A DNA stretch of 64,000 bases. It comes from Bacteroidota bacterium (GTDB lineage Bacteria > Bacteroidota > Bacteroidia > Palsa-965). The stretch lies in the NCBI GenBank assembly GCA_046335555.1, contig JBKDHA010000126.1:9832-73831 (forward strand). Reading direction: 5' to 3'. The position numbers and the translations under genes are program-made. The notes beneath the pieces are model-generated. The model ran no database searches, was not told the origin of the DNA, and worked only from the letters and a program-made list of their open reading frames with translations. Every line of letters begins with the position of its first letter. The first letter of the stretch is position 1. Of this stretch, positions 29,596 to 39,122 are shown piece after piece.

Positions 29596-30245
29596 TTGCT
29601 TCAGTGGTCATAAAAGGTGAAGAATTACTGTTGCTGCCCGAGAAAGCAGTGTACTGGCCTTCTGCTAAACTATTGCTTGCTGCTGATCTGCATCTCGGCA
29701 AAACAACTCATTTCAGAAAAGCCGGTATTGCCGTTCCCGATCAGCCGGCAACCGAAACACTGAACCGGCTCAAACAAACTGCCGAACTTTATGATGCCGA
29801 ACAAATTGTAATTATCGGCGATTTATTTCACAGTGATCCGAATGCAGAATGGCAACTATTTTCTGAATGGCATACGAAGCTGAACATTCCGATCAGGCTA
29901 ATCACTGGCAATCACGATAAATTGCTTTTCGCTTCACAGCCGCAAACAGATACTGAATTATGCGGCGATGAGCTGATTGTTCCTCCATTTGTATTTCAGC
30001 ATCACCCAAACGAAACCGAAGATAACCGCAGTTATTATCGAATTGCCGGGCATGTTCATCCCGGTTACAGTTTACGCGGAAAGGCTCGTCAGCGGCTTAT
30101 TCTGCCCTGTTTCTGTGTGGAGGAACATCAGCTAATACTTCCTGCTTTCGGAAGTTTTACCGGAAAAGAAATCATTGAACCGAAAGCTGAAGCACGTTAT
30201 TTTGTAATTGCCGGAAATACGGTTACAGAAGTTCCGCAGGTATAG
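29592..30245 (+). CDS. pdeM: Ligase-associated metallophosphoesterase/endonuclease
   Basis: ADLHLGK, GDLFH, GNHD, GHVHP, PAFGSFTG. Confidence 0.93.
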   Translation: MIASVVIKGEELLLLPEKAVYWPSAKLLLAADLHLGKTTHFRKAGIAVPDQPATETLNRLKQTAELYDAEQIVIIGDLFHSDPNAEWQLFSEWHTKLNIPIRLITGNHDKLLFASQPQTDTELCGDELIVPPFVFQHHPNETEDNRSYYRIAGHVHPGYSLRGKARQRLILPCFCVEEHQLILPAFGSFTGKEIIEPKAEARYFVIAGNTVTEVPQV

Positions 30246-30252
30246 CTCGCAA

Positions 30253-31299
30253 TTACTGCACGCGAATGCGATAATTCTTCTTCTCGCTGAGAACGCCAAC
30301 CGGTTTCAGCGAAAGCCCTTCTTCAGCCGCAACATTCAAAAAGTCTGCAACATTTTCGGCGGCAACAGCAACAAGGAGACCTCCGCTGGTTTGCGGATCA
30401 CAAAGCACTGTGCGGTTATCATCGTTCACGCCTTCAATGTCAGTGCCGTAGCTGTCCCAGTTTCGTTTTGTTCCTCCGGGAATACATTTCTGAGCAATGT
30501 ACTCTTCAATAGCCGGCAGCAGCGGCAATGCAGCAAAGTTGACTTCGGCACTGAGGCCGCTGCCGTCAACCATTTCGCCGAGATGGCCGAGCAAACCGAA
30601 ACCTGTTACATCGGTGATTGCATGCACATACGGCAGTTTTCCGAATGCAGCTCCGGCACTGTTCAGCTTCAGCATCGAGTCAACAGCATTCTGAAAATGC
30701 TCGGGCTTCACTACTCCTTTTTTCTGTGCTGTAGTGAGAATGCCTACGCCAAGCGGCTTTGTAAGAAACAAAACATCACCAGCTTTTGCTGTTGAATTTT
30801 GGCGAAGGTTTTCAATTTCTACTTCGCCGGTTACAGCAAGTCCGAACAGCGGCTCTTCGTTATCGATGCTGTGTCCGCCGGCAAGCGGAATACCCGCTGC
30901 ACGGCACACTGCACGCGCACCCTCAAGCACACGCCCTGCAAGTTCAGCAGGCACTTTATTAATCGGCCAGCCCAGAACAGCAATGGCCATCAGCGGACGG
31001 CCGCCCATTGCATATACATCGCTGATTGCATTGACAGAGGCAATTCTTCCGAAATCAAAAGCATCATCAACAATCGGCATAAAAAAATCTGTCGTGCTGA
31101 TTACAGCTTTTCCGTTACCCAAATCATACACCGCTGCGTCATCTTTTTTATCATGACCAACCAGCAGACGCGGATCATTTTCGGTATGACCGGTATTTGA
31201 AATTTTCAGAATACCATCGAGCACAGCGGGAGCAATTTTGCAGCCACAACCAGCACCGTGACTGTATTGTGTAAGGCGAATTTTATTGATTTCAGACAT
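30253..31299 (-). CDS. selD: Selenide, water dikinase (Cys form)
   Basis: [44 protein letters not shown]; start MSEINK. Confidence 0.97.
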   Translation of the reverse strand: MSEINKIRLTQYSHGAGCGCKIAPAVLDGILKISNTGHTENDPRLLVGHDKKDDAAVYDLGNGKAVISTTDFFMPIVDDAFDFGRIASVNAISDVYAMGGRPLMAIAVLGWPINKVPAELAGRVLEGARAVCRAAGIPLAGGHSIDNEEPLFGLAVTGEVEIENLRQNSTAKAGDVLFLTKPLGVGILTTAQKKGVVKPEHFQNAVDSMLKLNSAGAAFGKLPYVHAITDVTGFGLLGHLGEMVDGSGLSAEVNFAALPLLPAIEEYIAQKCIPGGTKRNWDSYGTDIEGVNDDNRTVLCDPQTSGGLLVAVAAENVADFLNVAAEEGLSLKPVGVLSEKKNYRIRVQ

Positions 31300-32329
31300 T
31301 TTTTTGGTTGTGATAATGCTGAAGAACACGAAGAGCATTTGCTTCCGGATTATCTTCAGGTGTTTCAACTAAAGTTACTTGTTCTTTCTGTTTACTGAGG
31401 TATGGATAGTTGTATGCTTTATCATAATACCGCAATGTTATACGCACAACGGTTTCAAGATCTCCGCTGTCAAGCGCTTCTGTTGCGCGCTGTGTATCTA
31501 ATCCGCCAAGGCGTTTGCTGATTCGCTGCACAGCTTCGCGAAGCAGTTCAACCGGAAAAGTTCCGTAATCGCGAAGCAATCGTTGTACGCGCAGTTCATG
31601 CGGAAGACTGATCCGGTAAACGTGTGCTGCTGCTTTTTGAGCCCAAAACAGAGGCGGAACAAACACACGTCCTATGCTGCGTGATTCGTCTTCTACCCAG
31701 ATTGGTTTTGTTGTATCAAGTTTGTGCAGTTCATTCCAGAGGTTGTTTTCAAATTGTTCAACGGTAGGCTGTACATTCATTCCTAATGCGCCAAACGAAG
31801 AACCACGGTGTGAAGCAATAGCTTCGAGGTCGAGAATTTGTTGCCCTTGCAGTCCAATTTGCTGAAGAACTTCTGTTTTACCGCTTCCGGTTTCGCCACC
31901 AATAACACGAAGTTGGTAAGGAAGCATAAAAGCCGCAAGCACATGATTCCTGAATGCTTTGTAACCTCCTGCGAGTGTAAATGTTGGAATACCTGCGGTT
32001 TCAAAAAGCCATGCCATGCTGCCGCTGCGCATTCCTCCGCGCCAGCAATGCACAAGAAGTCCTTCTTTATTTTCGGCAAGCAGGCGTGCTGCTTTAACAA
32101 ATCCGGCCATTTTAGGCCCAACTAATTCCAATCCGAGATCAATAGCCTTCTGCTGTCCCTGCTGCTTGTAGCATGTACCAACCTGCGCCCGTTCATCATC
32201 GGAAAACAGCGGAATATTTACAGCACCGGGAATATGCCCTTTTGCAAATTCTCCCGGCGAACGCACATCAGCAATAGGCAGGGATACTGCTTTCTGCAAA
32301 AAATCGGAAACAAGAAGACGTTGCGGCAC
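31292..32329 (-). CDS. mnmH: tRNA 2-selenouridine synthase
   Basis: Rhodanese DVRSPGEF...[10 protein letters not shown]-loop [19 protein letters not shown]; overlaps the selD start. Confidence 0.96.
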   Translation of the reverse strand: MPQRLLVSDFLQKAVSLPIADVRSPGEFAKGHIPGAVNIPLFSDDERAQVGTCYKQQGQQKAIDLGLELVGPKMAGFVKAARLLAENKEGLLVHCWRGGMRSGSMAWLFETAGIPTFTLAGGYKAFRNHVLAAFMLPYQLRVIGGETGSGKTEVLQQIGLQGQQILDLEAIASHRGSSFGALGMNVQPTVEQFENNLWNELHKLDTTKPIWVEDESRSIGRVFVPPLFWAQKAAAHVYRISLPHELRVQRLLRDYGTFPVELLREAVQRISKRLGGLDTQRATEALDSGDLETVVRITLRYYDKAYNYPYLSKQKEQVTLVETPEDNPEANALRVLQHYHNQKNV

Positions 32330-32345
32330 AACACAAAGATAACTA

Positions 32346-32487
32346 CAGAGCGGAGAATGAGAGCGAAAAACAGAGCGAGAAACAGAGCGAGAATGAGAGC
32401 GAGAGCGGTTAATCGCTCTGTTTCTCCGCTCTCGCTCTCATCCTCGCTCTCATTCTGTTTCTCCGCTCTGTTTCTCCGCTCTCGCTT
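32346..32487. repeat. Palindromic array of AAACAGAGCGAG/GAGAGC units (copy 1)
   Basis: Purine-rich left arm, centre GAGAGCGGTTAATCGC, complementary pyrimidine-rich right arm. Confidence 0.88.
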
Positions 32488-32492
32488 TGTGT

Positions 32493-33113
32493 TTAAAGTG
32501 TTTCGCGAAGGAAGAAAAAGATGAGTGTGAATTGAACTACAAACCCTGTAAGCAAGCCAACTGCAACCTGTGCCGGTGTGTGTGCGCGCAACTGCAAACG
32601 TGCCGAACCGATTGCTCCTGCAAGTACAAAAAGCAGTGCAGCAATCCACGCCGAACCGTCTTCTGCACGAAGAAAAAGTGCTGTTATTCCTCCGGCCAAA
32701 CCGGCAGTACCGATACTGTGTAAACTGATTTTCCAGCGGAGATTTACCAAAAGTGAAAGAATCATATTGATGAGTGCGCCAAAAACAAAAAGCACGATGA
32801 AGTGCGGAATGTTTTTGTCTTTCATCATAAAATAACACAGTGCATAAATAAATGAAACCTGCAGCAGCGGCCAGTTGCGTTGATGCTGCTCTTCCATTTG
32901 CATACTGTTGATACGCCCCAAGCGCACAAGTACAAAAACCGAGGCAGCCGGAAGCGCAACTGTGGTCAGCGAAAGCAGCAGCAATACGGGCATGCGCGCC
33001 TCATCAGCAAACTCACTTACCTGCGGCAACATGAAATAATAGATGAGCGCTGCATACACACACATAAAGAGCGGGTGCAGCAACCAGGAAAGCAGGTGCG
33101 AAATGCGCGTCAT
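32493..33113 (-). CDS. Membrane protein (PAP2-superfamily-like)
   Basis: About 6 TM segments; WKISLH, ARLQLRAHTPAQV; usual neighbour of rpoN in this phylum. Confidence 0.75.
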   Translation of the reverse strand: MTRISHLLSWLLHPLFMCVYAALIYYFMLPQVSEFADEARMPVLLLLSLTTVALPAASVFVLVRLGRINSMQMEEQHQRNWPLLQVSFIYALCYFMMKDKNIPHFIVLFVFGALINMILSLLVNLRWKISLHSIGTAGLAGGITALFLRAEDGSAWIAALLFVLAGAIGSARLQLRAHTPAQVAVGLLTGFVVQFTLIFFFLRETL

Positions 33114-33126
33114 CAGTTAGTAAAGA

Positions 33127-34650
33127 TCAAAGTTCTTTGCGCAAGCGTGCAACCGGAATTTCCAATTGTTCGCGGTATTTGGCTACGGTGCGGCGCGCAA
33201 TGTTATAGCCTTTGTCTTTCAGGATTTTTGCAAGCGCATCGTCGGTAAGCGGACGGCGTTTGTTTTCGGCACCAATACAATCGGAAAGTATTTTCTTTAC
33301 TTCGCGTGTCGAAACTTCTTCGCCACTGTCGGTTGAAAGCGATTCAGAAAAGAAGCTTTTGAGCAGAAATGTGCCGTATTGAGTTTGAACATATTTGCTG
33401 TTGGCCACGCGCGAAACTGTAGAAATATCAAGCCCCACACGATCTGCAATGTCTTTCAGAATCATGGGCTTGAGTTGGGTTTCGTCGCCCTCTAAAAAGT
33501 AGTCGTACTGATAATCGAGAATGGCTTGCATGGTAAACAGCAGTGTTTGCTGGCGTTGCCGCAACGCATCCATAAACCATTTTGCCGAATCTATTTTTTG
33601 TTTGATGAAGTTAACGGCTTCTTTACTGCTCTTTTCTTTGCTGCGGGCATATTCCGACAGCATACTCTGATACATTCCGCTTACGCGGAGTTCAGGCATA
33701 TTGCGGTCGTTGAGTGTGAGTTCTAATTTACCGTCAATATTGATAATTGCGAAATCAGGAATTACATCCTGCACAAACCGTTGTGAATCGCCGGCCGTGT
33801 TTCCCGGTCGCGGATTGAGATGTGTTACTTCATTAATAACGCGCTTCAGCGAATCATCATCAATACCAAGTTTTCGGGAAATTTTATCGTAATGTTTTTT
33901 AGAAAACTCATCCATGTGCTCGCTAACCACACGCATAGCCAGCACTACTTCGGCTGTTTTTGGCATTTTGCGTTTTAGCTGCAACAGCAGGCATTCCTGA
34001 AGATCACGCGCACCTACACCCGGCGGATCAAAGCTTTGAATTATATCAAGTAATTCGCGAAGCTCTTCTTCTGTAGTACTGATGTTTTGTGAAAATGCAA
34101 GATCATCAACTATTGCATCAAGCTCACGGCGCAGGTAGCCATCGTCATCTATATTACCAATGAGGTAAGAGCCAACCTGATAATGATGATCGTCGAGCGG
34201 CTGCAAACCAAGTTGCGTGATCAGCAATTCCTGAAAACCCGGACCTTGAGACAGCGGAGATTCACGGCGTTCGTCGTCGGCACTGCCGTTGTTTACCTGT
34301 TCACGATACGAGTATCCCTCGTCTTCGTCCATGTAATCATCCAGCTCAAACGCATCTTCTGTGCTGCGCTCTTCAATCTCCGATAAATCATCGGAACTGT
34401 CGTTATCCTCATTATCCGAATCTCTTTCCTGCTCATCCTGTTCATCAAAAAGACCATCATCGTCTTCGGCAAGATCATCTTTTTCTTCGTCGTCGGTTTG
34501 TTCACCTTCTTCGAGAGCAGGATTGATTTCAAGTTCTTCTTTGATTCGCTGTTCAAGGGCAACAGTTGGCAGCTGCAGCAATTTCATGAGCTGAATCTGC
34601 TGCGGTGAAAGCTTCTGAAGAAGCTTTTGCTGTAAGGATTGCTTTAACAT
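33127..34650 (-). CDS. rpoN: RNA polymerase sigma-54
   Basis: MLKQSLQQKLLQKLSPQQIQLMKLL, HTH DISTVSRV, RpoN box ARRTVAKYREQL. Confidence 0.98.
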   Translation of the reverse strand: MLKQSLQQKLLQKLSPQQIQLMKLLQLPTVALEQRIKEELEINPALEEGEQTDDEEKDDLAEDDDGLFDEQDEQERDSDNEDNDSSDDLSEIEERSTEDAFELDDYMDEDEGYSYREQVNNGSADDERRESPLSQGPGFQELLITQLGLQPLDDHHYQVGSYLIGNIDDDGYLRRELDAIVDDLAFSQNISTTEEELRELLDIIQSFDPPGVGARDLQECLLLQLKRKMPKTAEVVLAMRVVSEHMDEFSKKHYDKISRKLGIDDDSLKRVINEVTHLNPRPGNTAGDSQRFVQDVIPDFAIINIDGKLELTLNDRNMPELRVSGMYQSMLSEYARSKEKSSKEAVNFIKQKIDSAKWFMDALRQRQQTLLFTMQAILDYQYDYFLEGDETQLKPMILKDIADRVGLDISTVSRVANSKYVQTQYGTFLLKSFFSESLSTDSGEEVSTREVKKILSDCIGAENKRRPLTDDALAKILKDKGYNIARRTVAKYREQLEIPVARLRKEL

Positions 34651-34799
34651 AACAAGAGCATAAGTTGCAAAGCCGATACCAAGATAAAAGTAATTTCGGA
34701 AATGTTGGAATGATTTTTGATGTGTGATAAGAAATGCCTGTTGTTTCCAACACATTAATGCTTTTTTCTGCTTATCTTTATTAGCTATTAACAGGTACC

Positions 34800-35042
34800 A
34801 TGAACGACAATGCAATAAAACTTCAAATCCATCATCTGCTTGAAAAAGCAGATGAGAATGCGCTTAAAATTGTACACAGGTATCTTGAAGAATCGGTTAA
34901 CTACAATCCATCTTCTTATGCCTTGGATCAAGAACAAAACGAAGAGATTGAGCGGCGAATTAATGAACTCGAAACGGGCAGCGGTAAAAATTACTCCATA
35001 GAAGAAGCGTTCAGAATTATTGACGACAAATTGAAGAAATGA
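34800..35042 (+). CDS. Putative addiction-module antitoxin
   Basis: 80 aa, acidic, LDQEQNEEIERRINELETG; ATGA overlap with the toxin. Confidence 0.75.
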   Translation: MNDNAIKLQIHHLLEKADENALKIVHRYLEESVNYNPSSYALDQEQNEEIERRINELETGSGKNYSIEEAFRIIDDKLKK

Positions 35043-35335
35043 AGTTGATAATTCGGCAAAAAGCAATTGCAGACATACTCCTTGCCGTTGAATGGTACAA
35101 ATCTATTTCTGCTAAACTTAAAGATGATTTTCTTGATGAATTGAAAATTTCACTAGAGAGAGTCGAAAAAAATCCTGCAATTGGTCATTCATACTTATCA
35201 AAAGCCAGAATTGTTTGGCTTGATCGATTTCCCTACTCAATAGTTTATAAAGAATTAAAAGAAAAGCAACTTGTTGCTGTTGTTGGCGTTTTTCACATCC
35301 GAAAACACCCTAACGCTATGCTGAAGAGATTATAG
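35039..35335 (+). CDS. RelE/ParE-family toxin
   Basis: 98 aa; A.ADI..AVEWY, RFPYSIVY, VVGVFH.RKHP. Confidence 0.88.
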   Translation: MKLIIRQKAIADILLAVEWYKSISAKLKDDFLDELKISLERVEKNPAIGHSYLSKARIVWLDRFPYSIVYKELKEKQLVAVVGVFHIRKHPNAMLKRL

Positions 35336-35486
35336 TATTCCGATATTTTTACTCGGAATAAGCTATTCAATCAAGAGTTGGCAGCATACTACAGACAAAA
35401 TCCCGCCAAACGAAAAAAGCGCAAGTAATTGCTGCAAACCTTTTGCAAAAATTACCTGCGCTAATGCTTATCGCAATAAGTTTTCT

Positions 35487-37070
35487 TTACGAAAACAATC
35501 CTTTCTTTTTTCTGCGTCCGGAAGAACTGCTTCCGAAAAGCATGCCCATTAATCCGCGCACAAGTGATTTGCCGAACTGTTGGGTTACCGGACTCGAAAC
35601 TACTTTTTCGATTGTTGATTTTTCGTTACGCCGCGGCTTGCTTTCGGCTGCTTCTTCTTTGCGTTGTGTATCCTGCTCCGCTTTTTCGGCGGCTGCTTTT
35701 TCAGCTTCTTCCATTCGCGCATTTACACGCTGGGTAAGCATTTCGTAAGCGCTTTCGGGATCAACGGCATCTTTATACTTTTTGTACATCTCTGATGAAT
35801 TGAGATGTTGCTGATGTGCATCAGCCGAAAGTGGACCCATAACCGATCGCGGCGGAAAAAGGTGAACTGCGGTTGCTTCGGTAGGAATACCTTTTTCGCT
35901 GAGCGTGGAAAATAATGCCTGACCGATACCGAGCGAAGTAAGCACGCGATCTATTTCGTAAAATTCAGATTTCGGATACGTGCGTGCTGTTTTTTTCAGG
36001 TTGTCGGCATCATTTGGAGTGAAGGCACGCAGCGCATGCTGGACACGGGTTCCAAGTTGACCGAGAACCGTATCCGGCACATCGAGCGGCGACTGTGAGC
36101 AGAAAAATACACCAACTCCTTTTGAACGGATAAGGCGAATAATTTGCTCGATCTGCTCCATAAATGCTTTTGAAGAATCTTTGAAAAGCAAGTGCGCCTC
36201 ATCAAAGAAGAACACCAATTTCGGCTTGTCGAGATCGCCGGCTTCGGGAAGTGTCTGATAAATTTCAACCAGCAAACTCAGCAAAAAAGTAGAGTACAGC
36301 ACAGGCTTATCCTGCACATCCTGAATATTGAGAAGACTGATGAGTCCTTTGCCATCAACACGCTCAAAAAGATCTTCAATATCAAACGAAGGCTCACCAA
36401 AAATATGTGCAACGCCTTGTTGTTCGAGTGCTACAATTTTACGGAGAATGGTGCCTGAAGTGGCTGTAGAAATTTTTCCGTAGCTCTCTTTGATCTCCGC
36501 AGCACCTTCGCCTTCGCTTAAATAATTAAGCAGTTTTTTAAGGTCTTCGAGATTCAGCAGCGGAAGTTTGTTGTCATCAGCATACTTAAACAACACGCTC
36601 ATTACTCCAGTCTGCGTATCGTTGAGATCAAATATTTTAGAAAGCAGCACCGGTCCGAACTCGGTAACCGAAGCACGCATTTGTGCACCTGTTTTACCGG
36701 AAAGCGAATAGATTTCTACCGGGAAACCTGTAGGCGAAAATGTTTTTCCGAGTGCAGCAACGCGCTCTTCAATTTTAGGATTTACAGCACCCGCTGTGGC
36801 AATGCCCGAAAGATCACCTTTTACATCGAGCAAAAAACTGGGTACACCTGCATCCGAAAGTGCTTCAACAAGTACCTGAAGCGTGCGTGTTTTTCCTGTT
36901 CCGGTTGCTCCGGCTACAAGGCCGTGTCGGTTCATCATGCGCAGCGGAATGCTAACCGCAGCTTCAGCATGAATAGTATTTTCAAGCACACCTGCTCCGA
37001 GATAAATATGCTCACCGGGGGCGGTATATGATGCTTTAATTTTCTCGATGTAAGCTTTAGGATCGGCCAT
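35487..37070 (-). CDS. DUF853/YjgR HerA-like ATPase
   Basis: NRHGLVAGATGTGKT, DVKGDLSG, FFDEAHLLF, RSKGVGVFF; start MADPKAY. Confidence 0.93.
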   Translation of the reverse strand: MADPKAYIEKIKASYTAPGEHIYLGAGVLENTIHAEAAVSIPLRMMNRHGLVAGATGTGKTRTLQVLVEALSDAGVPSFLLDVKGDLSGIATAGAVNPKIEERVAALGKTFSPTGFPVEIYSLSGKTGAQMRASVTEFGPVLLSKIFDLNDTQTGVMSVLFKYADDNKLPLLNLEDLKKLLNYLSEGEGAAEIKESYGKISTATSGTILRKIVALEQQGVAHIFGEPSFDIEDLFERVDGKGLISLLNIQDVQDKPVLYSTFLLSLLVEIYQTLPEAGDLDKPKLVFFFDEAHLLFKDSSKAFMEQIEQIIRLIRSKGVGVFFCSQSPLDVPDTVLGQLGTRVQHALRAFTPNDADNLKKTARTYPKSEFYEIDRVLTSLGIGQALFSTLSEKGIPTEATAVHLFPPRSVMGPLSADAHQQHLNSSEMYKKYKDAVDPESAYEMLTQRVNARMEEAEKAAAEKAEQDTQRKEEAAESKPRRNEKSTIEKVVSSPVTQQFGKSLVRGLMGMLFGSSSSGRRKKKGLFS

Positions 37071-37138
37071 AACGCAAAAGATGTATTTTTGCCCGAAGTT
37101 ATTCAGATTTTTCATTCACATCATTCACAAATCGCCCC

Positions 37139-37348
37139 ATGGATCAATTGATCAAACTTGTTACCGAAAAAGCCGGTATCTCAGAAGCTCAAGCCAAAAC
37201 AGCTGTTGATACTGTTATGGGCTTTGTAAAAGACAAACTCCCCGCAGTTGGCGGTCAGCTCGACGGACTTATGAGCGGAAACATTGGCGATGCCGCCAAG
37301 GGTCTTGCTGATAAGCTTCCCGGGGGCATCGGAAATATGTTCAAATAA
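37139..37348 (+). CDS. Small conserved hypothetical protein
   Basis: LIKLVTEKAGISEAQAKTAVDTV helical pattern; followed by a hairpin plus T run. Confidence 0.7.
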   Translation: MDQLIKLVTEKAGISEAQAKTAVDTVMGFVKDKLPAVGGQLDGLMSGNIGDAAKGLADKLPGGIGNMFK

Positions 37349-37486
37349 ACCGGATAGCCTTCAGGGCTGTTATTTTTCTATTATTTCCGGGTAAATTTCT
37401 GCAACTCCGGCTCATTTCCGTTCGTGCTGCATCGCTGTATTAAGTGGTACAACACCGGCAGAATTTTGATTTGTTATAGTTTGCAT

Positions 37487-37494
37487 TACATTTG
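37487..37494 (+). promoter_or_regulatory. -7 element for mscL
   Basis: TACATTTG. Confidence 0.6.
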
Positions 37495-37534
37495 CCCAAA
37501 TTAAGACCACCTAACCAAACAAAACACACACACT

Positions 37535-37984
37535 ATGGGATTCGTAAAAGAGTTCAAAGAGTTTGCCATGAAGGGCAATCTCATCGATATGGCAGTTGGT
37601 GTCTTAATCGGCGCTGCATTTGGAAAAGTTGTCAGTGCTTTCATTGATGGCATTGTTATGCCTCCAATCGGTAAGCTTATGGGCAATGTTGATTTCAACA
37701 ACTTGTACATGAGTCTGAGTGATAAAGTTGATGCCGCTATTGCTGCAAATGGTGGAAACCTTTCCATAGACAAAGCAAAAGAACTTGGACCAGTAATGGC
37801 TTACGGTTCGTTTATTACAATGGTAATAGACTTCCTGATTGTTGCTTTCGTAGTGTTCTCGATTATCAAAATGATGAATCGCATGAAAAAGAAAGCAGAA
37901 GAAGCTCCCGCAGCACCTCCGGCACCTACAAAAGAAGAAGTTCTTCTTACCGAAATCCGCGACCTGCTCAAGCAAGGCCGATAA
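37535..37984 (+). CDS. mscL: Large-conductance mechanosensitive channel
   Basis: [43 protein letters not shown]. Confidence 0.98.
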   Translation: MGFVKEFKEFAMKGNLIDMAVGVLIGAAFGKVVSAFIDGIVMPPIGKLMGNVDFNNLYMSLSDKVDAAIAANGGNLSIDKAKELGPVMAYGSFITMVIDFLIVAFVVFSIIKMMNRMKKKAEEAPAAPPAPTKEEVLLTEIRDLLKQGR

Positions 37985-37995
37985 TTCTACTATAC

Positions 37996-38039
37996 AAGGG
38001 TCACAATTTCGTTTCTGCCGAAACGAAATTGCGACCCTT
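37996..38039. terminator. Strong hairpin after mscL
   Basis: AAGGGTC-A-CAATTTCGTTTC-TGCC-GAAACGAAATTG-C-GACCCTT. Confidence 0.65.
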
Positions 38040-38080
38040 CTTCATTTTCAAATCAATATTCTTAATAATCAATCTTTACA

Positions 38081-38980
38081 ATGAAACGTATTTTGTTCGC
38101 CCTTGCAGTGATTTCGGGAATGACAGCCAATGCTCAAACCGATACCACAAAAAACTGGACACGCGGCGGTGTGTTTGGTCTTAATTTTACTCAAGCTTCT
38201 TTCACCAACTGGGCTGCCGGTGGTGTTAATTCGGTTTCGGGACAAGCATTACTTAACCTTTTTTCCAACTATAAAAAAGGTGATAACACCTGGGACAATA
38301 CACTTGAAATGTCTTACGGACTTTTGCAGCAGGGCAAATCATCATTGCTCCGCAAAACCGATGATAAAATTGACTTTACTTCAAAATATGGTCGTAAAGC
38401 TTTTAATGAAAAGTGGTATTACTCGGCGCTGTTCAATTTTAAATCACAGTTTATGCCGGGTTACAACTACATTTCAGACACCAGCAAAGTAAAAATTTCA
38501 GACTGGCTGGCTCCGGCTTACGGTTTGATTGCGTTGGGTATGGATTACAAGCCAAATACGAAATTCACACTCTTCGTTTCGCCGTTAACAGGTCGTATCA
38601 CAATTGTAAATGATGGCGCACTTTCGGCTGCTGGTGCTTTCGGTGTTAAACCGGGCGAGAAAATCCGCAATGAATTTGGTGGTTATGTTCGTGCTCAGTA
38701 TCGTGCTGATATTATCCAGAATGTAAATCTTACCACACGCCTCGAACTTTTCAGCAACTACCTCGACCGTCCGCAAAACATTGATGTGAACGCCGAAGTA
38801 CTGCTTACCATGAAAGTGAACAAATATATTTCCGCATCCATCAACATGCAGGCGATTTACGATCACGACATCAACATCAAAGGCGATTATAACAACGACG
38901 GCGTTATCGGTGCAAACGAAGCCGGCCCGCGTCTTCAGTTCCGTCAGGTTCTTGGTATCGGTTTCAACGCCAAATTCTGA
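38081..38980 (+). CDS. DUF3078-family outer membrane protein
   Basis: Signal peptide; Q.SF.NWAAGG, KTDDKI, SQFMPGY, C-terminal F. Confidence 0.9.
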   Translation: MKRILFALAVISGMTANAQTDTTKNWTRGGVFGLNFTQASFTNWAAGGVNSVSGQALLNLFSNYKKGDNTWDNTLEMSYGLLQQGKSSLLRKTDDKIDFTSKYGRKAFNEKWYYSALFNFKSQFMPGYNYISDTSKVKISDWLAPAYGLIALGMDYKPNTKFTLFVSPLTGRITIVNDGALSAAGAFGVKPGEKIRNEFGGYVRAQYRADIIQNVNLTTRLELFSNYLDRPQNIDVNAEVLLTMKVNKYISASINMQAIYDHDINIKGDYNNDGVIGANEAGPRLQFRQVLGIGFNAKF

Positions 38981-38983
38981 ACC

Positions 38984-39122
38984 AGAGAGAGAAACAGAGC
39001 GAGAGCGTAAACAAAGCGAGAGCATAAACAGAGCGAGAGCGAAGAGTGAGAGCGGTTATCGCATCATTCTTCGCTCTCGCTCTGTTTCTCGCTCTGTTTA
39101 CGCTCTGTTTCTCGCTCTGTTT
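38984..39122. repeat. Palindromic array of AAACAGAGCGAG units (copy 2)
   Basis: Same units and centre (GAGAGCGGTTATCGC) as 32346-32487; fills the entire gap between two convergent stop codons. Confidence 0.88.

Noticed and set aside
31246-31248. SelD as a selenoprotein
   Set aside because: The active-site codon is TGT (Cys), with no in-frame TGA
32218-32838. ORFs with RARARA/ESESE/LALIL tracts (also 32234-32524 and 38910-39164)
   Set aside because: Low-complexity translations of the palindromic repeat arrays, overlapping real genes
33127-34815. Long N-terminal extensions on track ORFs (rpoN; likewise hom, selD, AKR, GT2, DUF853)
   Set aside because: Family N-termini and TAnnTTTG positions indicate downstream starts; the extensions are just upstream open frame
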